A stretch of DNA of 46,024 nucleotides from a virus. Lineage: Duplodnaviria; Heunggongvirae; Uroviricota; Caudoviricetes. Both the position numbers and the translations under genes were made by a program. The notes beneath the pieces were generated by a model. The model saw nothing but the letters and a program-made list of their open reading frames with translations, was not told where the DNA came from and made no database searches. The stretch lies in IMG/VR virus record IMGVR_UViG_2718218133_000007; one strand, given 5' to 3'. Shown piece after piece: positions 25,356 to 34,015 of this stretch (positions are counted from its first letter, which is position 1; the number at the start of each line of letters is the position of its first letter).

Positions 25356-25589
25356 ATGTCAACGAAGAACAGAACCCGCAGAACAACAATCCGCAACATC
25401 CGCTTTCCTAACCAAATGATTGAACAAATTAACATCGCTCTTGATCAAAAAGGGTCCGGGAATTTCTCAGCCTGGGTCATTGAAGCCTGCCGCCGGAGAC
25501 TGTGCTCAGAAAAAAGAGTTTCTCCTGAAGCAAACAAAGAAAAGAGTGACATTACTGAATTGCTCAGAAAACAGATCAGACCAGATTGA
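25356..25589 (+). CDS. small DNA-binding-like protein, YlcI/DUF3950-like (tentative)
   Basis: 77-aa ORF; orientation and position relative to cos and the lysis genes match ylcI in K-12 DLP12; family assignment from recollection only. Confidence 0.45.
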   Translation: MSTKNRTRRTTIRNIRFPNQMIEQINIALDQKGSGNFSAWVIEACRRRLCSEKRVSPEANKEKSDITELLRKQIRPD

Positions 25590-25645
25590 AGCAATTTAGA
25601 TAATCGTGCAGACTACGCCCCTCATATCACATGGAAGGTACCACA

Positions 25646-26056
25646 ATGGCTCAGGTTGCCATTTTTAAACAAATATTCGATAAAGTGCGAAATAATTTAA
25701 ACTATCACTGGTTTTATTCTGAACTAAAACGTCACAATGTCTCACATTACATTTACTATTTAGCTACAGAGAATATTCATCTTGTTCTTGAAAACGATAA
25801 TACGGTTTTAATAAAAGGACAGGGTAAGGTTGTAAATGTAAGATTTTCAAAAAATAAATGCCTTATAGAAGCCACCTTAAAAGGATTCAAATCAGGAGAG
25901 TTATCATTTTACGAATACAGGAAAAATCTTGCTACAGCAGGGGTTTTCAGATGGATTACAAATATCCACGAAAACAAAAGGTATTACTATACCTTTGATA
26001 ATTCATTACTCTTTACTGAGAACATTCAGAACACTACACAAATATTTCCGCACTAA
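25646..26056 (+). CDS. YbcV-like (DUF1398-type) protein (tentative)
   Basis: 136 aa from the second Met ([14 protein letters not shown]…); position and orientation match ybcV of DLP12; ORF track begins at 25631. Confidence 0.45.
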   Translation: MAQVAIFKQIFDKVRNNLNYHWFYSELKRHNVSHYIYYLATENIHLVLENDNTVLIKGQGKVVNVRFSKNKCLIEATLKGFKSGELSFYEYRKNLATAGVFRWITNIHENKRYYYTFDNSLLFTENIQNTTQIFPH

Positions 26057-26313
26057 ATCATAACGTCCGGTTTCTTCCGTGCCAGAACCGGACTCGCTGG
26101 CATGATGAAATATGTGTACCCGGTAACCCCGGTGTGCATCGTTTTTGATTATTCCCGCACACTCGCGCAGAAGGAGTTCCCCGTCGGGCTACGGTCTCTG
26201 TTAATACGGGAATACGGCGACGATACAGCGCATGATGTGTCAGGCTTGAATACCTTTATCCTTTAAAAGGGATATCAGTTAAGTTATCCCGTGTAGGGTA
26301 TAAACCATTATCA

Positions 26314-26340
26314 AAGCCACTCTGTAGGAAGTGGCTTTTG
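26314..26340. terminator. hairpin with flanking A/T tracts (possible bidirectional terminator) between ybcV-like and the lysis genes
   Basis: aaagccact-ctgtagga-agtggcttt followed by ttg; inverted repeat read directly. Confidence 0.4.
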
Positions 26341-26547
26341 TAATGGCAATAAAAAGCCCCGCGAATGCGAGGCTAAATCCTGGTATTTGTAATGACTGGT
26401 TCTTATCTCAACGCAGCCCCTTACCGCGCGCAAAATGCTCAATATCAAGCATCAGCAATGAGATGTTTAATCTGGATTCACTCCAGAAGTGAGCACCACC
26501 CTGTCTACAGAGCCAGATGTGAAGGATGATGAGTAAAATTATCGCTA

Positions 26548-27015
26548 TCATCGAAGGCATTGCGTCCTGATGTATTCCTGAAGCGTTCTCAGTGCTGTTT
26601 GGTCGCGGATAATTCCGTCCCGGATACCGAGAACGTTTCGTCCAGCAACTGGAGAGAGTTCGACGGTGGCATCATTGCCCATGCCGGAGGCGCTGGAGGT
26701 TTCGGCTGAGGATGGCACAGGGCATTTTCCTTTGACGAGCACCCGACCACCATTATCAAGCTTGCGCCGAAGAGCATCATTTTCAGCTTTCGCATCAGCT
26801 AACTCCTTCGTGTATTTATCATCGAGTGCATCAGCATCACGCTGGCGCTGCTGCATGTCAGTAATGGTGGCGTTCGCCTTCTCCAGTTCACTGGCCTTGT
26901 TATCACGCTGTTCTTTGTAGGCGATTGCATTATCACGGTAATGATTAACAGCCCATGACAGGCAGACGATGATGCAGATAACCAGAGCGGAGATAATCGC
27001 GGTTACCCTGCTCAT
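26548..27015 (-). CDS. Rz: i-spanin Rz
   Basis: [31 protein letters not shown]… N-terminal TM plus coiled coil; start at second Met (track ORF to 27027); follows endolysin. Confidence 0.85.
   Translation of the reverse strand: MSRVTAIISALVICIIVCLSWAVNHYRDNAIAYKEQRDNKASELEKANATITDMQQRQRDADALDDKYTKELADAKAENDALRRKLDNGGRVLVKGKCPVPSSAETSSASGMGNDATVELSPVAGRNVLGIRDGIIRDQTALRTLQEYIRTQCLR
26589..26795 (-). CDS. Rz1: o-spanin Rz1 (embedded in +1 frame within Rz)
   Basis: [19 protein letters not shown]… lipobox (VVGC) and proline-rich stretch; entirely inside Rz in another frame. Confidence 0.75.
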   Translation of the reverse strand: MRKLKMMLFGASLIMVVGCSSKENALCHPQPKPPAPPAWAMMPPSNSLQLLDETFSVSGTELSATKQH

Positions 27016-27509
27016 TGTTGCCCCCACAAACAGACCTCACGCTCAATCTCACGACGAGTCATCAGGCCTTTCCATTGCTTACCGCCAGCGTATGCCCAGC
27101 GACGTAGCTGGTCACATGCGCCCTTGATATCGCCCTGGTTTATTTTGCGAAGAAGAGTAGATGTTCTGAAATTGCCTGCGCCCACGTTATAGACGAACGA
27201 GTAAAGAGCGCCGCGCGTTGTTTCCGGTATATCGACTTTGATGTACGGGTTAATTTGTCTGGCTACCGTGGCAAGGTCTTTATTCAGGAGGGCTTTGCAT
27301 TCTGCTTCGGTATACGTTTTACCGGGAATGATGTCTTTTCCTGTATGCCCGTGACATACAGTCCATACGCCAACGATATCTTTGTATGGTATGTAGCTGA
27401 CACCTTCCAGACCATCGTTACCACTTGGGCCAGTGATTAACACTGATGCTATAGCAATTGCTCCGCCACCAATAGCAGCAGCAACGGCTTTTCGTAATGA
27501 TGGAGGCAT
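27012..27509 (-). CDS. R: SAR endolysin (T4-lysozyme-like, phage 21 R / RrrD type)
   Basis: 165-aa ORF; N-terminal Gly/Ala-rich signal-anchor-release segment ([20 protein letters not shown]), E…D…T catalytic motif region ([25 protein letters not shown]). Confidence 0.9.
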   Translation of the reverse strand: MPPSLRKAVAAAIGGGAIAIASVLITGPSGNDGLEGVSYIPYKDIVGVWTVCHGHTGKDIIPGKTYTEAECKALLNKDLATVARQINPYIKVDIPETTRGALYSFVYNVGAGNFRTSTLLRKINQGDIKGACDQLRRWAYAGGKQWKGLMTRREIEREVCLWGQQ

Positions 27510-27724
27510 TATTCACCTCTCGCAGCCTTGCGCTTATCTTCTTTAATCTTGAAATAAAGGTTTGTCAGGTACGTCAGCAGGCCAAATACCAAGCTACCCA
27601 GCACACCTATTGCTGCCCACTGTGAGGGCGTGACTTTATCGAGCAGCTGTAAAAACCAGTAGCCAGCACTGCCTGCGGAGGTGCCGTAGGCAATGCCCGT
27701 TGTTAACTTATCCATGGATTTCAT
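27509..27724 (-). CDS. S: class II holin / pinholin (S21-like) with dual-start motif
   Basis: 71-aa [29 protein letters not shown]… two TMs; Met1-Lys-Ser-Met4 dual start typical of holin/antiholin pair. Confidence 0.9.
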   Translation of the reverse strand: MKSMDKLTTGIAYGTSAGSAGYWFLQLLDKVTPSQWAAIGVLGSLVFGLLTYLTNLYFKIKEDKRKAARGE

Positions 27725-27742
27725 AGCCTCACCTCCGCAAAT

Positions 27743-27751
27743 AACGGATGG
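27743..27751. repeat. 9-bp target-site duplication (left copy, aacggatgg) of the IS1 insertion
   Basis: Identical 9-mer found immediately flanking both IS1 ends; IS1 is known to make 8-9-bp duplications. Confidence 0.65.
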
Positions 27752-27806
27752 GGTAATGCTGCCAACTTACTGATTTAGTGTATGATGGTGATTTTAAGGT
27801 GCTTGC

Positions 27807-28082
27807 GTGGCTTCCATTTCCATCAGATGTCCTTCCTGCTCCGCTACTGAAGGCGTGGTGCGTAACGGCAAAAGCACTGCCGGACATCAGCGCTATCTCT
27901 GCTCTCATTGCCGTAAAACATGGCAACTGCAGTTCACTTACACCGCTTCTCAACCCGGTACGCACCAGAAAATCATTGATATGGCCATGAATGGCGTTGG
28001 ATGCCGGGCAACTGCCCGCATTATGGGCGTTGGTCTCAACACGATTTTACGTCACTTAAAAAACTCAGGCCGCAGTCGGTAA
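27807..28082 (+). CDS. insA: IS1 InsA
   Basis: 91-aa [43 protein letters not shown]… matches recalled IS1 InsA (zinc finger + HTH). Confidence 0.9.
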   Translation: MASISIRCPSCSATEGVVRNGKSTAGHQRYLCSHCRKTWQLQFTYTASQPGTHQKIIDMAMNGVGCRATARIMGVGLNTILRHLKNSGRSR

Positions 28083-28504
28083 CCTCGCGCATACAGCCGG
28101 GCAGTGACGTCATCGTCTGCGCGGAAATGGGCGAACAGTGGGGCTATGTCGGGGCTAAATCGCGCCAGCGCTGGCTGTTTTACGCGTATGACAGGCTCCG
28201 GAAGACGGTTGTTGCGCACGTATTCGGTGAACGCACGATGGCGACGCTGGGGCGTCTTATGAGCCTGCTGTCACCCTTTGACGTGGTGATATGGATGACG
28301 GATGGCTGGCCGCTGTATGAATCCCGCCTGAAGGGAAAGCTGCACGTAATCAGCAAGCGATATACGCAGCGAATTGAGCGGCATAACCTGAATCTGAGGC
28401 AGCACCTGGCACGGCTGGGACGGAAGTCGCTGTCGTTCTCAAAATCGGTGGAGCTGCATGACAAAGTCATCGGGCATTATCTGAACATAAAACACTATCA
28501 ATAA
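28001..28504 (+). CDS. insB: IS1 InsB (expressed as InsAB' transposase by -1 frameshift)
   Basis: 167-aa ORF matching recalled InsB; overlaps insA in -1 frame across the A6C motif (~28058-28064). Confidence 0.9.
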   Translation: MPGNCPHYGRWSQHDFTSLKKLRPQSVTSRIQPGSDVIVCAEMGEQWGYVGAKSRQRWLFYAYDRLRKTVVAHVFGERTMATLGRLMSLLSPFDVVIWMTDGWPLYESRLKGKLHVISKRYTQRIERHNLNLRQHLARLGRKSLSFSKSVELHDKVIGHYLNIKHYQ

Positions 28505-28519
28505 GTTGGAGTCATTACC

Positions 28520-28528
28520 AACGGATGG
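28520..28528. repeat. 9-bp target-site duplication (right copy, aacggatgg) of the IS1 insertion
   Basis: See left copy. Confidence 0.65.
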
Positions 28529-28688
28529 TGTACACGGTTCGGAACGAAGAGGAAAGGTATAGAAGTTACATTAGCGTAAGGCTTGAACATCTATTCAAAA
28601 AGAAAAACGCCGCGATTATTCTGGCGTAGCTGAAAGCATCATACAATTATCAAATACGAAAATTACAAAATCATTAAAACGCATCACG

Positions 28689-29429
28689 TTACATCATGTC
28701 TTTTTCTAAAAAAAATCTTGATGAATATTGATGGGGAGGAACACCAAAATACCTTCTGAAAACACTTACAAAATATGACGTGTTTTCATAACTGCATATC
28801 TCAGCAACTTTTCCAACAGAATATAAATTGTAGCTTAATAACCTTTCCGCCATCACCATTCGCTCTTCAAGAATTAACTTACTAAATGATAAGCCTTCGT
28901 GCTTTAATTTTCTTTTTAACAGACTTTCACTCAGATACAGTCTTGAAGATATATCACAAAGTCTCCATGCTGCAGATATATCCGTGTGAATAATAGCCTT
29001 AACTTTACTTCCTAAACTATTAAGACATCCAAATAAAAAACTTTGCACTATTTTCTCTGAAGATAAGATAGCAAGACATGCAAGTGATATTTGATTTCTA
29101 ACAAAATCCACAGTTCTGCCATCACAATTCAAGCATGCAATCAAGTTCTTTAACAATGAAAAATCTTCACATTCCACCATCAAGTATGCCGGATAAAACC
29201 TTCTTACAGAAAAAGGTGAGAGTGTGTTGCTTTTAAAGAAATCATTAACTGTTTTTTCTTCAACATCTACGATCATTACATGATCTATATTTGATGAAAA
29301 AAAATCTTTTAAATTGTAATCAATGAGAACAGCACTTCCTTTTTTAAACAAAATATCTTCTTTACCAATTCGGACATCAAACGAGTTCAACACCAAAATG
29401 ATAGAACATATGTATAGCATATTATCCAC
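28689..29429 (-). CDS. AraC-family transcriptional regulator (AppY/GadX-like paralogue), cargo gene
   Basis: 246-aa ORF; C-terminal AraC HTH (…YENTSYFVSVFRRYFGVPPHQY); N-terminal domain shows AppY-like pattern (ILFKKGSAVLID vs [13 protein letters not shown]); AT-rich own upstream region; hairpin+T-tract downstream. Confidence 0.8.
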   Translation of the reverse strand: MDNMLYICSIILVLNSFDVRIGKEDILFKKGSAVLIDYNLKDFFSSNIDHVMIVDVEEKTVNDFFKSNTLSPFSVRRFYPAYLMVECEDFSLLKNLIACLNCDGRTVDFVRNQISLACLAILSSEKIVQSFLFGCLNSLGSKVKAIIHTDISAAWRLCDISSRLYLSESLLKRKLKHEGLSFSKLILEERMVMAERLLSYNLYSVGKVAEICSYENTSYFVSVFRRYFGVPPHQYSSRFFLEKDMM

Positions 29430-29771
29430 CTGATATCATTGGGGTTACACCAGGTAAGTATAGGTGGAAAATCAATATTCGCCAGTTCAACAATAAGGAA
29501 AATTTCATTGCATCACAAGTATAAAATTATGTATTTAACTCACAAAGACAAATTATTAAACCAATCTGTTATATTATATATAGCTGCGTGGAATCATAAT
29601 ATTATATATTTTGACTGGCATGTTTACTAACTTTAAGTTGCATCTCAATTGTTTCTTCAGCGTAAACAGAGTTTTTATACAAACTGACACTCTGGGTATC
29701 ATAGTGTAGTTTTTACGATTGTAAATATCCTGCATGCAGGAACTCATCCTTTTGGATGATATCGCATACAA

Positions 29772-30731
29772 TTAATTTACCATCAGTCTTAGAGCCAGTT
29801 CGTCCGGATAGGGATCGAAGTAATTCTGTGTAAGCAAGTAATCATTAGGATACTCACCCAGATAATGCTTCAGCAGAGTCAACGGCGCAAGAAGAGGTAA
29901 TGTGCCAGAACGATAGTTAAGTATAACCTCGCTCAACTCTTTACGCTGGCGTGTACTTAAGTAGTTACTAAAATACCCCTGTATATGCATCAGCACATTC
30001 GTGTGATTTTTACGTGATGCAGGTTTTCTGAGAATCGCCATCAGCTTATCACGATACACCTCAAAGTATGATTCAAGGTCCGCCCACTCGTGTATTGCAG
30101 CCACAAATGGTCCCATATCTTTATAGCCTGCCTGACTATGCGCCAACAACTGAAGCTTATAACGACTATGAAAAGCTAATAACTCTCTTCTTGATAATTT
30201 CTCCTTGTAAAGGTGATTGAGCTCATGCAAAGCAAAAACTCTTTCAACAAAATTCTCACGAAGCACTGGATCATGTAATCGCCCATCCTCTTCAACCGGT
30301 AGCCAGGAAAACTTTTCCATCAAAGTGCTCGTAAATAGTCCCACTCCATCTTTACGACCTCGATTACCATTTTCATCATAGACACGCACGCGCTCCATGC
30401 CACAGCTGGGAGATTTAGCACAAACCACAAACCCCGATACATCCTTTAATTTGTCCATATAAGAACGACTAAACTCTGTCATTCTCTCTGTCACATCCTC
30501 ATTCTGGTCGTGGCTGAAACACATCCGTATATTTCCTTGCGTCGAGCGCACAAGACGTAGAGCAGGACGCGGAACTGGCAGCCCTATAGCCATTTCCGGA
30601 CATACTGGTCTGAATGTTACCCATTCCACTAATTTGTCCATTAAAAAGTCAGCTCTTTTGTGACCACCATCAAAACGAACAGCAGAACCGGCCAAACAAC
30701 CGCTGATTCCAATCACAGGTTTTTTTATCAT
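29772..30731 (-). CDS. YbgA-like protein (DUF523 N-terminal domain + DUF1722 C-terminal domain)
   Basis: 319-aa ORF; conserved YbgA-family blocks recalled from E. coli YbgA: IGISGCLAG…VRFDGGHK, FRPVCPEMAIGLPVPRP, KSPSCGMERV, LPVEEDGRL…LRENF, HSRYKLQLLAH, LPLLAPLTLLKHY. Confidence 0.75.
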   Translation of the reverse strand: MIKKPVIGISGCLAGSAVRFDGGHKRADFLMDKLVEWVTFRPVCPEMAIGLPVPRPALRLVRSTQGNIRMCFSHDQNEDVTERMTEFSRSYMDKLKDVSGFVVCAKSPSCGMERVRVYDENGNRGRKDGVGLFTSTLMEKFSWLPVEEDGRLHDPVLRENFVERVFALHELNHLYKEKLSRRELLAFHSRYKLQLLAHSQAGYKDMGPFVAAIHEWADLESYFEVYRDKLMAILRKPASRKNHTNVLMHIQGYFSNYLSTRQRKELSEVILNYRSGTLPLLAPLTLLKHYLGEYPNDYLLTQNYFDPYPDELALRLMVN

Positions 30732-30923
30732 ATTCTCCCCCTTGACTAATTCATTAACACATAAACTGTGTAGTGCACGGAATAAATTGCCTTTCTGGCG
30801 TCATCACTGACAATTTTTCTGTTATGGACTATTCCTAATATAGTATGAAAGTTCTTTAAGTGATCGGTCGTAATCATCTATCTTTCATACTTACTCTCAA
30901 CTATCAAAAGTACAGGATTTATT

Positions 30924-31448
30924 ATGAAGTTATGGCCTGTGTTGACTGGCATTGCACTCTCTTTCACTCTTATAGCATGTAAGGCCCCGACACCACCTAA
31001 AGGTGTGCAGCCGATTACAAATTTTGACGCCAACCGCTACCTCGGAAAATGGTATGAAATAGCTCGCCTCGAGAACCGGTTCGAACGTGGTCTGGAACAG
31101 GTCAGCGCTACTTATGGAAAACGGAACGACGGAGGGATTCGTGTACTTAACCGTGGATACGATCCAACGAAAAATAAATGGAGCGAGAGCGAAGGTAAAG
31201 CATACTTTACTGGAGATACTAAAACTGCAGCATTGAAGGTTTCGTTTTTTGGCCCCTTCTATGGTGGCTATAATGTAATCAAACTGGATGATGAGTATAA
31301 GTATGCTCTTGTCAGTGGTCCGAACAGAGAATACCTATGGATTCTGGCAAGGACCCCAACTATTCCAGATAAAGTAAAAGCAGACTATGTGCGAACCGCT
31401 CAAAAGTTGGGATTCAATGTCAATGAATTATTATGGGTTAAACAATAA
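30924..31448 (+). CDS. Blc-like bacterial lipocalin, outer-membrane lipoprotein
   Basis: 174-aa ORF with lipobox (LIAC), lipocalin motifs GKWYEIARLENRFERGLEQVSATY and KVSFFGPFYGGYNVI…YLWILARTP matching recalled Blc; only plus-strand gene inside the late region. Confidence 0.8.
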   Translation: MKLWPVLTGIALSFTLIACKAPTPPKGVQPITNFDANRYLGKWYEIARLENRFERGLEQVSATYGKRNDGGIRVLNRGYDPTKNKWSESEGKAYFTGDTKTAALKVSFFGPFYGGYNVIKLDDEYKYALVSGPNREYLWILARTPTIPDKVKADYVRTAQKLGFNVNELLWVKQ

Positions 31449-31480
31449 AATCCCTACCCGAAATAATACTTATTAGAAAA

Positions 31481-31505
31481 AAACCAGCCTTTGGGGAGGC
31501 TGGCT
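31481..31505. terminator. strong hairpin with A-tract/T-tract (bidirectional terminator; candidate tR' for the late promoter and terminator for blc-like)
   Basis: aaaaaaa-ccagcct-ttgggg-aggctgg; on the minus strand the stem is followed by ttttttt, ~100 nt downstream of Q. Confidence 0.55.
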
Positions 31506-31603
31506 AAATCAGGAAACAAGCTGTTATATGATAATAACTACGTTGCGATTCCAACATTTAAAATGTTAGACTAATGACAATCAGACAGCAACTTTTCCTT
31601 TAA

Positions 31604-31996
31604 TTATTTCGAACAATCAGCATCCATCTCCAATCGGAGATCCAACACCATCAGCATACCCTCCACTACGCCCTCAGCTTTCTGAAGCATCCTGCCAACC
31701 CAACAATCAGATCGCCCATGCTTACGTGCAAGCGCCATAAAAGTCATGCCGCCGACATAATAGTCCACCAATAAATCATGCAAATCGCTGTTGTTCTTTT
31801 TCAGACGGGCCATGCACCCGCAAATGATCATCGCGTCATCGTCACAACATTGTGGGCGAGATTTTACTTTTGAAGTAATTAATCCCTTAAAACCGGCGGC
31901 AATGGACGACCAGGTCACATCTTCATGATTATTAGCCGCCCACGCTCCCCAACGCTCAAGAACCATCTGAATATCACGCATCAACTTACTCCACAA
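31604..31996 (-). CDS. Q: late-gene antiterminator Q (QuuD / phage 82-type)
   Basis: …[34 protein letters not shown]…[16 protein letters not shown]… resembles recalled QuuD; position downstream of rusA and upstream of late region; true start may be an internal Met. Confidence 0.8.
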   Translation of the reverse strand: MWSKLMRDIQMVLERWGAWAANNHEDVTWSSIAAGFKGLITSKVKSRPQCCDDDAMIICGCMARLKKNNSDLHDLLVDYYVGGMTFMALARKHGRSDCWVGRMLQKAEGVVEGMLMVLDLRLEMDADCSK

Positions 31997-32203
31997 AAAT
32001 CAGACCAGAACGCCAATTACAAGCAAAAATCAACGAAACAGTATTAGTTGATTGTTATCTCTGACTTCATACTCCTGCTCCTGTCAGGGTTTTGGCGTAA
32101 TTCTTCAGTATTCGGTAATCGGTCAAAACAGAACCGGGGAAACGATATAAGCGCAGACGCCCCCAGCGGTGGCGAAGACGTTCTGCCATATAAAACTCAA
32201 ACA

Positions 32204-32566
32204 TCATTCATTCCCCATTTCGGTGATGGTCAGTTCCAGCCTCCCACCTTTGGTAACAGGCATCTTCACAACGCGGTAATCAACGACCTGAGCATCATCC
32301 AGCCAGAAACCTGCTTTAGTGAGTGCGTCAAAAGCGGCTTTTTGCAGATTATCCAGGTCACGGCGACGGCGATCCGGCATGTGGCACTCAATGCGGATTT
32401 TCACAGGCATAGCCAGGCCGATATCCAGCATTGCGTTTTTAATGATTCGGGCGACGTTATCGCGGTATGCCTGCCCCTCTGCGCTGACGTGCGTGCGCCC
32501 GCGATTATGGCGGTAATAGCGATTATTGCTCGGAGGCCAGGGTAATGTGATGCTGTAGGTATTCAC
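32204..32566 (-). CDS. rusA: Holliday-junction resolvase RusA
   Basis: 120-aa [39 protein letters not shown]… matching recalled RusA. Confidence 0.9.
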   Translation of the reverse strand: MNTYSITLPWPPSNNRYYRHNRGRTHVSAEGQAYRDNVARIIKNAMLDIGLAMPVKIRIECHMPDRRRRDLDNLQKAAFDALTKAGFWLDDAQVVDYRVVKMPVTKGGRLELTITEMGNE

Positions 32567-32853
32567 GCCTTAATAACCCCCTCTTTCAGCCAGATAACCT
32601 GTGTTCTCGCCATACCTTCCAGCGCGCATTCTTTTGCATATGCAGCATCGACAAAATGTGTGCGGCGGTCGATTTCGTCGTGGCAGGCAGAACATGCAAT
32701 GGTGGCAATCAGGTCTGGCGGTTTGGTACCGGTGCCGCACAATCCAGTCAGCCGGATATGTGCCAGTACAGACGTTTCAGGGTTGCCATTACATACGCCA
32801 GGGATTCTTACCTGGCATTCCCGACTACGCGCTGCTTTTCTCAAATCAGCCAT
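32563..32853 (-). CDS. ybcO: YbcO-like protein (DUF1364)
   Basis: 96 aa from internal Met ([27 protein letters not shown]…), Cys-rich; ORF track extends to 32892. Confidence 0.75.
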   Translation of the reverse strand: MADLRKAARSRECQVRIPGVCNGNPETSVLAHIRLTGLCGTGTKPPDLIATIACSACHDEIDRRTHFVDAAYAKECALEGMARTQVIWLKEGVIKA

Positions 32854-33016
32854 GATTCCTCCTTGCTGCCAGTCGCAACCATTTTTTATCAACCAGGCTG
32901 GCGGTATATCCGAGCAGTGTTGGTATTTCGGAAGGCTTCAGCTCCGGTTTACGCTTACGACGATCTGGTACTCTGTAGATGTGTCCGTTCATGACACGAA
33001 TAAGCGGTGTAGCCAT
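32846..33016 (-). CDS. ninE: NinE-like small protein (56 aa)
   Basis: Hand-translated ORF below the 60-aa track cutoff: [56 protein letters not shown]; start overlaps ybcN stop, stop overlaps ybcO start. Confidence 0.6.
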   Translation of the reverse strand: MATPLIRVMNGHIYRVPDRRKRKPELKPSEIPTLLGYTASLVDKKWLRLAARRNHG

Positions 33017-33471
33017 TACGCCTCCTGCTTGTCGCGGAGCAGCTGGAACTCGCAGCTCTGCGGAATAGTCAGGTGGCAGCCAATATTCACCGCCCAGGCT
33101 TCAACCTTACACAGGAAGACATACATCTCTCCGGTATCAAGATCGGAGGTATGGCGTAACGACTGGATAGTGGTGATATCACCGGTTACGACATCAACCA
33201 GGTCTTTGGTTTCATAACCGAGATATGTGTGTTTGAGAGCATCTTTTACCCAAGCTGGAGTAGCGAACGTTTTACCCCTGCTGATGAGGTATTCACTGAT
33301 TTCGCTGTACCACATGTGGCTGAGTGCATTCTGGGAAAGACTGCGTTTCTCACGCCACGGTTTAAGCACCATGCGAAAGCATTTGCCCTCCTCCAGATAA
33401 GGCTGGATCTGCCGACCGATAGCGGTGAAGTTACCGCGATGTAATTTGATGCCATCTTGTGGGAGATTCAC
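33016..33471 (-). CDS. ybcN: YbcN-like protein (DUF1367)
   Basis: 151-aa ORF at the ybcN position of DLP12-type nin regions. Confidence 0.7.
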   Translation of the reverse strand: MNLPQDGIKLHRGNFTAIGRQIQPYLEEGKCFRMVLKPWREKRSLSQNALSHMWYSEISEYLISRGKTFATPAWVKDALKHTYLGYETKDLVDVVTGDITTIQSLRHTSDLDTGEMYVFLCKVEAWAVNIGCHLTIPQSCEFQLLRDKQEA

Positions 33472-33658
33472 GCTTCACCTCCGCAGAGGTCAAACGCTGG
33501 ATACAATATATCGCAGGTGCATTTCTGCATCTGTGGAGGGAGAAGAGAGTTTGGATTGTGTGTGCGCATAAACGTCCCCGTTTAGCGCAGAAGTCACCGG
33601 AGTTGTTCAGGCTCCGATGACATGATTATGGCGAGTTGATTATCGCAAATCAAAGGTT

Positions 33659-34015
33659 TTAATTGTGCTTTATTCCTTCAAGCGTTGCCTTCATACCAAC
33701 CAAAGAAATGTTTAGCTCTCCAACTTTCTCAGGGCTATATAATTCAGAATGAAGCCAATATTCTGATTTATCTAAACATCTTTTAGCCAGCTCTCGATCA
33801 AAGTCTACGACTTGGGAAGACGCTTCATACCAAAGTCTATAAAGTTTTTCTTCTTCGTTTGGGTTATTAGGCTCACCACGTTTTAATTTTTCAGTATATA
33901 AAATTGTTGAATAAATCGCAGGAGTTAATCCAGTGATTGCCCTCTGCCGCAGATCGGATTTGTTTGTTATCCACCCCAACAGACGATCTCCCATCCATGT
34001 GATAATTGTATCCAT
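33659..34015 (-). CDS. hypothetical protein (118 aa), no family recognised
   Basis: ORF with plausible RBS (aagaaggg…ATG); AT-rich relative to flanking nin genes; occupies the position where K-12 DLP12 has ybcM/ybcL. Confidence 0.45.
   Translation of the reverse strand: MDTIITWMGDRLLGWITNKSDLRQRAITGLTPAIYSTILYTEKLKRGEPNNPNEEEKLYRLWYEASSQVVDFDRELAKRCLDKSEYWLHSELYSPEKVGELNISLVGMKATLEGIKHN

Larger units (their letters stand above)
27752..28519 (+). mobile_element. IS1 insertion sequence (768 bp, complete)
   Basis: Terminal inverted repeats ggtaatgctgccaacttactgat … ggtaatgactccaacttattgat(rc); insA and insB ORFs; A6C frameshift motif ttaaaaaac in the insA/insB overlap. Confidence 0.9.

Noticed and set aside
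26060-26547. Expected bor lipoprotein gene between ybcV-like and Rz
   Set aside because: No ORF with a lipobox or Bor-like sequence found in any frame; region appears non-coding apart from a hairpin.
27729-27965. 78-aa minus-strand ORF overlapping the IS1 left end
   Set aside because: Falls inside IS1 antisense to insA; known IS1 has no such gene.
29574-29771. 65-aa minus-strand ORF between the AraC-like and ybgA-like genes
   Set aside because: Lies in the AT-rich promoter region of the AraC-like gene; Ile/Lys/Asn-rich translation typical of AT-rich non-coding DNA.
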